This document shows, one piece after another, positions 1-8,512 of a stretch of DNA of 33,000 nt; position 1 is the stretch's first letter; every line of letters starts with the position of its first letter. The notes beneath the pieces were generated by a model. That model was not told the origin of the DNA. It saw nothing but the letters and a program-made list of their open reading frames with translations, and did no database searches. The stretch is from the NCBI GenBank assembly GCA_051294905.1, contig CM119385.1:14043001-14076000 (forward strand), given 5' to 3'. This DNA comes from Botryllus schlosseri (taxonomy: Eukaryota). A program made the position numbers and the translations under genes.

Positions 1-74
1 ATACAATAAACATCTCATATGAAGATGGATCCCGTACGCCTGTTAGATTTTTTTTACATTAGACAACGATGTAT

Positions 75-1204
75 TCAATATATCAATTTCATTGATTGGT
101 TGAATATGAGTCGTTTTCTGACGACCTTCATGTAATGTATTTCGTTCTTGGTGTTGTGTGATTGTGGGTCAAGCTCACAGCAGAAAGTCACTAAATATAC
201 ACAAACGGAATGCTGAATATTTCGAGCAAGCTTTTGTAACAAAGCAAGGAAATTTTTTGTGATTGGGAAGGTGCATGCTTTTTTAGTGTTGATTTTTTAT
301 GCTGCCAGCGTCATGCATAGAGTGGTCCAAAGTAGAAATCCAAAGAATTCCCACAAAAGATGTTCTAATATATTGAAAAGGTTCATAGTGCAGAACCAAC
401 CAAGGTTCGTTTGTGAACGTGAACCTCTAAATTTCTGAGGTTAACACAGAGAACGCGAACATGGACCTCACGTTCACCCCATTCCTATAACATGTGTAAT
501 GCGTAATGCTGCCCCATAGTATAACAAATTTAGCGATGACATGGCCGTGTTGCGGATAACTATCGAACGCTGTAGGTAGAAATGATTTTCTGAAAGATTT
601 GCAGTTTGACACATTCCCTTAGAATTATAATAGTTATATGTATATATGGCGTGATTTTCTGGGAAATCACGTCAAACGTATTGGTCCTTCAAAGATTAGC
701 GCCTTTCAAGATATATCTTTCTCGTGTTGGCGCGATTATTGATAGCTTCCTGTAATCAGGCACGTTTATTTGATTTCGGTGACTGGTAAGCTGAAGCGCT
801 CTGAAATTGGAGTGCGGATGAGCAAAACAGTGCCATTCTTACCAGTCCTGCGGAAACGCATCCCACATGTAACAAAAAAGCGCTGCGGTAAAACGATTGC
901 TTTGCAGTTCTTGTATTATATAGATTGCGACAGCTCTCGAGAAAGATATGTTTAACGGTTTTCGATGTATATCCTCCTACGCGATGATCTTAGGCATAAC
1001 GAGGAAAACAGTATCTAATTTCCTATTCTCGCACAATGATATTGTGATATACGGTACCGTGAAATGATATTCACGTCCACGTGATCTGCAAGGCGTCGAC
1101 CGTGGCTTATTCTTGTTAAGGATTGAAGAACAATGCTCTTCTATGCTGTAAACTTTCTCAGAAAAGCCGTCCACATCATCGGGTGTTGCGAATTTCCAAC
1201 ACAA
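75..1204 (-). pseudogene. Possible decayed multi-exon gene of unknown family directly downstream of dach
   Basis: Phase-consistent chain 1204-843, 782-671, 617-478, 426-75 joined by GT-AG gaps of 60, 53 and 51 nt. Two blocks of ~115-120 codons each carry only one internal stop. No recognisable domain. Confidence 0.25.
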
Positions 1205-1485
1205 AGCGTACTTTTCGGAATCAACTTACTATTCTATGATTCAGTCGTGGCACAGGGTTATAACGATATATGACTGTTGGCGTAATACAGCCTTGGTGTG
1301 TTCGTCATGTCAAGTCGGATTTGCCGAGGCTTGGCAGACGAAAATTACTAAAACAATGGAATAGTGTGCTTTATTAACCTATATTCGACAGCACAGAGTA
1401 TAATGCGCCTTTTCCTTCTCAGCTGTTTGAGTGCTCGAGCTGATTTATATATAAGCATATGCATAGTGTTGTGGATATTCTGCCA

Positions 1486-1491
1486 TTTATT
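1486..1491 (-). terminator. Candidate polyadenylation signal for dach (AATAAA); a second lies at 1375-1370
   Basis: TTTATT on + strand ~145 and ~260 nt after the stop codon; the hexamer is common in AT-rich DNA, so usage is unproven. Confidence 0.4.
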
Positions 1492-1634
1492 GCACAAAAC
1501 TAAAAAGTCTCCATAAATCATCGTCAGAATCACAATAGCAGATTAGTTGGACTAACGAAGTCAAAAAATATGCAAAGTCAGAGCAGTTTAAATAACGGTA
1601 ATGCAATGTCCAAATCTTCCGTCAACATTTAATC

Positions 1635-1840
1635 TCATTTTGCGCTGGAGCGCACCAAGTTACACGACATCCAATTTCTTTCATTTCCTGTCATGTTTAC
1701 TGGCGAAGTATCGCGTCCGGGTGATTGGTTCCGGTGTTGCCCGCCGTTCACAGTCATGGGGCGTCCGCCCCAATAGGGGGGGCAATCGCTGATGCTCTTC
1801 GGCGACGGAGCAGATGACGGCGATCCATGCGCAGCGAAAT
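1635..1840 (-). CDS. dach: dach exon 15, terminal (DFAAHGSPSS...NWMSCNLVRSSAK*)
   Basis: aaaatacag| acceptor after a 65-nt intron; TGA at 1637-1635. Confidence 0.78.
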
Positions 1841-4800
1841 CTGTATTTTAGGACATATAGGTTTCTAATTGTCCGCAAAACATTGCGGAGCATCTAAAAT
1901 CCAACCTGAACAGGGAGTTGATTCTGTAGACGCGCAAGTGGCTTCCCTTGTAGATTCTTGTCTTAACGCATGATTTTGAGGGGATGATACTGGAGGTTTC
2001 CTAGGCGATGCAGGTTCTGATGGCGAAGATATGACATCTAGCTCGTCTTCATTACTCTTATCTGTAACGGAAGCAGTTGAATGTTCAGAAAATCGTTTGC
2101 ATTGAGAATATACTATAACTTACAGTCGTCATCTTTCTGATGCGATTTGACTTTGAGAATATTTTTCTGTTCTTGGAGCCGTTTCACAGCTTCCCGTTCG
2201 CGATCAAGCTTTCTTTGTATGGAGGCTGAATATATAACACAACATTGTCAGCCACTGAATATAATTCGCTGTCGCGTTAAGCTAATTACACAAGATATCT
2301 CGACTGGTATATCCCATCCTATCGGACTGCAGAGTAAATATTTATTTTTCTACCTCATTCGACGCAAATGGAAAGTATTTGACATATTGTAGCGCCCCGT
2401 TCTACCCAATATATTAAGTATGTATGCAGTTACAAATTGCTTTTCTGAGAATCTGCCTTATACGTTATGGAATCGTAGGCCTACAGCCCTAGAGCAGAAA
2501 CTATGATGCTAACAAACCTCGTATCCTTTCACTTTCTTCCAACTTTCTTTCCGCCATTCCTCGAAGTTCTTGCTCTTTCGAGACGCTGTTTTTCAATTCG
2601 GCTAAGAATAATAATTATTCAAACGTTAAAACTTCACGGTACATAATTGTACATTCGAAAATTACCTATTTCGATTGAAAGCTGTTTCTCCTGGAGTTTG
2701 GCATTGTCTGCCGCGACTTTCAGTAGACCTTGTATGTTGCTCAGCAGAGTTTGCATGCACGAGATATTAGGGGAAGCGGTCACGGGAGACTGCCAACTAC
2801 GCAGATCGTCGTGCACAGATTCGTTGCTGTGATCTTCCATTTTGATTCCGCCTGTCTCACCGAGATACTTGTTTTGGGATGGGTTGAAGTCGTCCGTCTC
2901 TTGATCTCTTCCGAACGATCGCACTTGGCAGCTTTCTCCTAAGGTGAATGTATCGGCATGAGAATCATATATAATGGTTTATTGTCGCGGAAAAATTCAC
3001 GGAGTGTGCCGTTGTGCTCAACAGGAAAGGGTTGATCTCATGGCGTGGACGTTGTTTGCGTGTGGATTGAATTATTACCCGTAATCAAATAGTTGAACGG
3101 AAAATGGAAGACTATCATATTGAATCCGAGACGGACGGACTTACTATCATGTTTCTTTCCGTATTCGGATGAGCTGGCACTAGCGTTTCCCACGCTTTTG
3201 CGTCCACTGGATGGACGCGGTGTGACAGGCGATGATCGATCATTCATAGATCTATCCAGTCCTTGGCGTGGGCTGTGAAGATATCCGATTTATTATGTTT
3301 GTTCATTATTTTTTTCAGCTCCCCTAAACGATTTTACCTTGTCGTAGATCGCTCTGCGCGCATGTCGTTGTCGGAACCGCTTGCTTCCCCGGCATTCTCG
3401 GGTTGCTCGAACGATTGTCTCTCTTGCGGCGAAGTGTACGGCTTCATAGAGTTTTCCGATTTATCCTGAAACACAATCGTAAATGCAATCAATTCTTGTG
3501 CTTTATAACCGCTATATATCATTTACCTGGCGCGGGGATCCGCTTGGACTGTCTTGCTCATCTGCGCGGTCATTTGTGCCACCTTCAGACATGTTGATTC
3601 TTGCGCACTAAAATATTTACGTGATCATGTAATTTTTGGATTCGGGGGTAAAGTATCGATATTCCTTACTTCATTTATGTGGCTTAAAATATGTTGTGGT
3701 ATGGAACCATTAAAGAAAGCAGGATTAGACATTCCAATGAATGGCGCTAATGCAGCGTTGACGTTTCCCCCGTGCTGCGAGCTCATGCCATTGTGGATTC
3801 CATTCGCCAAGAACTGCTGGTACTGTTGTCTGAGCGCTTGCTATAATGTGAATACATGCGTTTCTAAGAAATTTTTGTATATGACACGATGTTAAATCAA
3901 TGATATGCGACGACTATCGCCGCTAATAACAAGAATGATATGACTCTGGATATCGGATAAAAGCGATGAGCGTGAGGCTTGGTCATGAACTTGTTTTATA
4001 TCATACATTGTTCTCGACTAATCATTGCTATACCTGACGGTTAGGTACGTATCATTTTCGAAAGAAAATACTAATGCCACGCACGAACTAGCTCATATCT
4101 ATTCCCCGGAATTAGACCAAAATATGATTCGTGTACATCTAACATCTTTCACCCATTTATCCTTGGGCATTGCATTGTAAAATACTGCTGTGATACGATC
4201 CTACGTAAAGGTTATTTTAATACTATCCATTAACTACAGCGCTTCCAAGAGATCGAGTGGTGTAATTTTTAAATTGTAGTATCTAATATCGTATTTACCT
4301 GTAAATAAATATTGGCGGCGTTGGCATACAATTCTTCCGCTCCACTTGCGTATTTTCTGCCAATTGATGGGCTGTGTCTGGTGGGGCTCGTATTCACTTT
4401 AAAGAAAATATTTTGTTATATGATCTAGTTTACGACTCTAGACGTACTAATATCCCTTGATTGCGCAAACATTTGATATTTTCGGATCACTGATAAATAT
4501 AAATGGAGTGTAATGACATCCACAACGGTGTAAATTTTCTGGGATTATTTGCAATAAAATGTCATAATTTTGTCAAGGTTCAGTAAGTCAGATCGAATTC
4601 CCAAGCTTAATCGCATTTCAACATAACGACTCCCGACCGCTGTTCACTGGCGTCTCGTGAATGATGGTATTGTATTGATTTTATTCAATGCATTTTATAC
4701 ATCACATCGCAATAAAAGAGTCATTTTGGTTAGGCTACGTAGCTCAAACACGTGCCATTACCCGATAACTAGATATCGAGAATTGCTAACGTTTGCCGTT

Positions 4801-6556
4801 AATTTTCGCAAAATCACATTAAGACTGATTGACTTGCTCGTGTTTTTTCTCAAAATCGAAATTACTGAAATGCGAGAAATATTCGAAATTTAGAGATTAC
4901 GGCTATACTATGCGTACTTCGTCTGTCTTGCTGTTGCTGGTGGAAATTTCCTTCGTGGTCCAATCGAAGTCTTTTATGAAAACTACTCAAATCTGGTGAT
5001 CCAAGAATACCCTGTAAATTTGTAGAGAATGCAAATTCCTGTGATGTCTATAACCCGTGTGTATCTTACCCGTGGATGATTCAATGTCCTCGCTCCCGGA
5101 TGATGCGCCATAAGGTCGGCCGGTGGCAGTACAGGATACCGTTTCGGAGGTCGACCTGGGCGGCTAACAAAAATACTTGCATGAGACTCGTACAGATTGT
5201 AATGAATTCTGTTACGAAGGTACGATAAATTTGAATGAAATGAAATATTTAAATCGAATTACGCATATCTCTCACTAAACCTGATTAAATACCTTCTGCA
5301 ACCGATAGATACTTTACATTATCTTATATTCAGACATACATTTGTGAGAGTCCACGCCAAGTTGAAGCGTGCTTTAATTTGATTTGCCAGAAGACACAAA
5401 TCCAAACCAATGGCTTATTCTGTCAAATCACTGACAAAACGAAATTATGTCTGACAAAATGACACGAATTTCCACTTAAACTTCGCGACAAAACGCAGAC
5501 ATATGCCACGACAAATAGAACTCGCATATCGTCCATCGGATATCCTCTTAAAATACACCATTTTCGCTACCGATAAATGTTTGATGTATTCTTTATTTCG
5601 TCCATCAAAAGTCTAATGTCAATGTTTTTACCTATAATAATAATAATAATCAAAAGTCTTTTTAAGGTTTGTAATTGGAGTATAGCAAAGGAGACGAATT
5701 CACGAGATATCTAAATATTTTGTATATGTCACCCACATGCTCACCCTTTTGAACGGTGAAATAGCGGACACGTGCCTATTTCTTGAAGTCGGGATTAGTG
5801 AGAACACTTTGAAATGATAGCGTAATGTATACTAGTTTAATTGTAATGTTTTGTCTATCCAATTTTCCTTGACTTCACTGCATTAGTCATGTAGGTTAGC
5901 GCAAGACACAAATTTTTCACTCCAAATATACCTTGCTGTTGTACAATCTTGATATAGGGTCTCGAAATCCTTTCTCGTGATCAATTTACATCGGTTCACT
6001 CCAGGTTGTATTGCGCCGAGCCCTCGCAAAACACGAACCTGTAATTTCAGCAAATGATTGTTATGGATACAATTCTGTAATAATATTGGTTGTGTTTGTC
6101 ACCTGCTCCACGTTACAAACAACTGGGGTGATATTCAGCCTTTTCAGTTTTGTGTAAACTGTATGTAGACCACCGACAAGGTGTTTCAGAAATAGATCGA
6201 ACGCCTGGTAAAAATAATTGTGTAAATCTGTTATTGATATATAAATGTTAATATATTTTCTGAGTTAGCTGGTAATGTTCTCTGTATGGTTTGCGGTGGG
6301 GTGAAACTTTATACTCAGAACAGCAATTCAGTTTGGAGATAAATGTATTTTACGAAATATTGAATCATAAGATTTATACCTGCGGTAAACAAATGTATTC
6401 TTCATCTCCGATTACGAAACTTGCCACCTCTGCGCCTCGTAGCTCCACTAGTTTGCATTCATTGTTCGCTGGGGTGCTCTGAACCGGATGGGGGGTGCTG
6501 TAAACCGGCCGTTCAGGCTGCGAAAAAATTGAAGCAGATGCTTGTGGTGTTTTCAT
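1635..6556 (-). CDS. dach: Dachshund homolog (Ski/Sno/Dac family transcription cofactor), 15 coding exons, 666 aa; join(6556-6380,6204-6103,6038-5932,5163-5070,5011-4918,4396-4299,3840-3670,3607-3527,3465-3338,3272-3145,2938-2666,2601-2518,2225-2124,2061-1906,1840-1635)
   Basis: Manual translation gives the DD1 signature PVYSTPHPVQSTPANNECKLVELRGAEVASF...CLPQAFDLFLKHLVGGLHTVYTKLKRLNITPVVCNVEQVRVLRGLGAIQPGVNRCKLITRKDFETLYQDCTTASRPGRPPKR and the DD2 signature SCMQTLLSNIQGLLKVAADNAKLQEKQLSIEIAELK...EQELRGMAERKLEESERIRASIQRKLDREREAVKRLQE. All introns GT..AG with consistent phases; summed exon length 2001 nt. An in-frame TAA lies immediately before the ATG at 6556. The middle low-complexity and C-terminal exons rest on splice signals and frame continuity only. 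Confidence 0.95.
1906..2061 (-). CDS. dach: dach exon 14 (S/P-rich C-terminal region)
   Basis: ttccgttacag| acceptor after a 62-nt intron; CAG|GTTGGA donor; open frame. Confidence 0.8.
2124..2225 (-). CDS. dach: dach exon 13 (DD2 end: SIQRKLDREREAVKRLQEQK...DDD)
   Basis: tatattcag| acceptor, T|GTAAGT donor; aligns to QKRLKKE...KRKLQE. Confidence 0.9.
2518..2601 (-). CDS. dach: dach exon 12 (DD2 coiled coil: ELKNSVSKEQELRGMAERKLEESERIR)
   Basis: tattcttag| acceptor, G|GTTTGT donor; aligns to the ELK...ERELRE.LE..L region of DD2. Confidence 0.9.
2666..2938 (-). CDS. dach: dach exon 11 (start of DD2: SCMQTLLSNIQGLLKVAADNAKLQEKQLSIEI)
   Basis: cattcaccttag| acceptor, G|GTAATT donor; matches DACH DD2 consensus TLLxNIQGLLKVAxDNA. 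Confidence 0.93.
3145..3272 (-). CDS. dach: dach exon 10 (S-PRQGLDRSMNDRSSP...GKKHD)
   Basis: cttcacag| acceptor, A|GTAAGT donor, phase 1. Confidence 0.85.
3338..3465 (-). CDS. dach: dach exon 9 (DKSENSMKPY...ERSTT)
   Basis: gtgtttcag| acceptor, AAG|GTAAAA donor, phase 2. Confidence 0.85.
3527..3607 (-). CDS. dach: dach exon 8 (CARINMSEGG...GSPRQ)
   Basis: atattttag| acceptor, CAG|GTAAAT donor; flanked by 62- and 61-nt introns. Confidence 0.85.
3670..3840 (-). CDS. dach: dach exon 7 (QALRQQYQQFLANG...HILSHINE)
   Basis: cattatag| acceptor, GAA|GTAAGG donor; open frame, Q/N/G-rich. Confidence 0.85.
4299..4396 (-). CDS. dach: dach exon 6 (MNTSPTRHSPS...NIYLQ)
   Basis: ttttctttaaag| acceptor, CAG|GTAAAT donor; phases 1->0 fit neighbours. 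Confidence 0.8.
4918..5011 (-). CDS. dach: dach exon 5 (GILGSPDLSSFHKRLRLDHEG...QQQQDRR)
   Basis: aatttacag| acceptor after a 58-nt intron; A|GTACGC donor; basic KRLRL patch. Confidence 0.85.
5070..5163 (-). CDS. dach: dach exon 4 (S-RPGRPPKRYPVLPP...HPR)
   Basis: tttttgttag| acceptor, CGG|GTAAGA donor; conserved RPGRPPKR motif. Confidence 0.93.
5634..5650. repeat. (ATA)5 microsatellite in dach intron 3
   Basis: ATAATAATAATAATAAT read directly. Confidence 0.8.
5932..6038 (-). CDS. dach: dach exon 3 (VRVLRGLGAIQPGVNRCKLITRKDFETLYQDCTTA; DD1)
   Basis: aattacag| acceptor, AAG|GTATAT donor, phase 2; DD1 homology. Confidence 0.97.
6103..6204 (-). CDS. dach: dach exon 2 (AFDLFLKHLVGGLHTVYTKLKRLNITPVVCNVEQ; DD1)
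   Basis: ttttaccag| acceptor, CAG|GTGACA donor; near-identity to the DACH DD1 consensus. Confidence 0.97.
6380..6556 (-). CDS. dach: dach exon 1 (MKTPQ...EEYICLPQ; start of DD1)
   Basis: ATG preceded by in-frame TAA; ends CAG|GTATAA, phase 0; DD1 homology. Confidence 0.93.
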
Positions 6557-7349
6557 TTATAGCATCTCGCCACATGATAACGTGATTTTAATGATATATA
6601 GCGGAAACAAATTTGTACACCATTACGTGATATGCTTCGGGATTCAATTTCGGAGTTATGTCTGTTCATTATATTTGTTAGACAAATTCGTCATATTTTA
6701 GGTAAAGTGGAGCGGCCGTAAACAATACATGCTAAATTAACGAAATGTAACGCTTGTCTATAATCACCTATCGCATGACGTTTGTTTAAAAACGATACGT
6801 ACACGGCACGTTTCGTATCACAGTGCGATAAAAGGACTTATCTTCAACAAACTTAAACGCCATTTTGGTAACTTGTTATTTTTAGGATTATGAAATATAA
6901 TGGCCTCGTACAATGTGATAGAATATGGAAAAGGAATAATTAGATATGCACGAGTTGTGCTTGTTTTGATTCAAACAGCTCACGAAATATTAAACATTAG
7001 GTGGTTGAGTCAAGCAGTTACAGCGTAGGATGATGTGCTAGCACATCTAACGAAACAAACACTGTTAGGTCTACTTATAAGTATCAAATCTGTTTCCGAT
7101 TTGTATCCATTTTGACAGCTCCATGCCTTTACAAATGTCTGCTACGTCCAAAATGGAGATAGGCGTTATCGTTTTGTCGTTTTACTCAAATTCCTGTTAC
7201 AGGTTGTGTAAACTATACAAATGAATACAATTGCACGCGTAGGTAGAGCATGGATCGAATGCACGATAATTTGCAAAGCAAATTTTGTCTTTTCGTAAAT
7301 AATAAAGACAGCAGTGCATATTTAAAACGACTTGAATTTGAAGTACTTG

Positions 7350-8512
7350 CTAGGTGGAGACGTATTTCTCATTGAACAAAAATGAATTCGCACAACACAA
7401 TTTTGCGCGCGAGCTTTATGTTTGTGTGTTCATGTCATTGTGTGCGCCGTCCGAAGCTGGTATAGGGCATGGTGTCCGGAATTTGCGGGCACAATCACTA
7501 CCCGTTAGCGATGAAACATTTTTGCATATTCACATATTCCGGCCAACCACTGATTTTATGCGTGATATATTATGAACTCTGTTGTTCATGCCTGTCATAC
7601 ATGGATTAATTTGTAGATAACATGGCAGAACTTGAATAGTTGTGACCGTGGTTTCAGCTGAATATTTATGCCATTGCTTTATTGGTATTCATGTCCCGGA
7701 AGAATCCGCCACAGATACCAACAATTGCAAATACATAGCATTCAGTATATTCAATACAATTCTGCACGCAGGCAGCGTAAATTTCATTGTTCTATCTCGT
7801 TTTGATTTGTTTGCGTTTGTTTAGATTGTGAAACCGGGAAATTTCCCAATCTGATTTACAAACTTCTGGAGTCCAGTGATTTTCTAATTCAGCACGCGTC
7901 ATTAATAATTAGTTACACGTAATTCAACTCCAGTCGATCCATATTTGCGGTAGATGTTTCCTACAAATACAACTTGTATGCAACCGCACACTGAGGGATG
8001 ATGAACTGAGGAAATTGGTCGATAGAATACTTTGCACAAATTCATCACAAACAATAATCCGCATCCATGCCGATCGGTTTCCATGATGGAATTAAATCAA
8101 ATGAAAAATGACTGGGCAATCAAACTTTGTTTTCAAATATAATATGCGACTTCGATGCAGGAAATTGCTGATATTCTTGATTTATCGCTCCTTTGTGCGT
8201 ATAATTTATCAAGTTCGGGTAAAGAAATGTCTCAATGTCGCGGTCTGCTATAAGTCCGATTGATTTTAATTTTTCAAATGTGTGACATCTCATAATGTAT
8301 TGTAGAACTGGTTGCTCATTGCCCTGCCGCCTTCGAATTATATATTTCGTATTCCACAATACGATGGTGATTCTTTGCTTGAATAGTGATGTCCGCCATT
8401 TTTGTCGTTACATCGACATCCCGTGGCGGAATACTAAAAATCCATATACCAACAAATAGACCAAGCGAAATTGCGATAACTAAAACGAGGCATAAGATTC
8501 TACCTTTTTCAT
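7350..8512 (-). pseudogene. Possible relic of an intronless type II membrane protein gene (glycosyltransferase-like architecture)
   Basis: ATG at 8512; restoring one A in a 5-A run gives MKKGRILCLVLVIAISLGLFVGIWIFS (basic N-terminus + signal anchor). Later fragments in shifting frames include IADRDIETF and IGMDADYC (DxD-like). Many stops and frameshifts. Confidence 0.25.

Noticed and set aside
977-1100. RSRGREYHF resembling the guanylate-kinase GRDYHF motif
   Set aside because: Six-residue match only; no P-loop or other GuK context
1841-1905. Intron 14 read-through giving an alternative C-terminus (GWILDAPQCFADN*), with a 6-bp hairpin CCGCAA/TTGCGG
   Set aside because: A short read-through is expected by chance; canonical splice sites and the modal 65-nt size favour splicing
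2647-3895. Plus-strand ORF-track entries overlapping dach exons (e.g. 2647-2832, 2730-2942, 3093-3278, 3554-3895)
   Set aside because: Antisense shadows of the dach coding exons; no independent homology or splice logic
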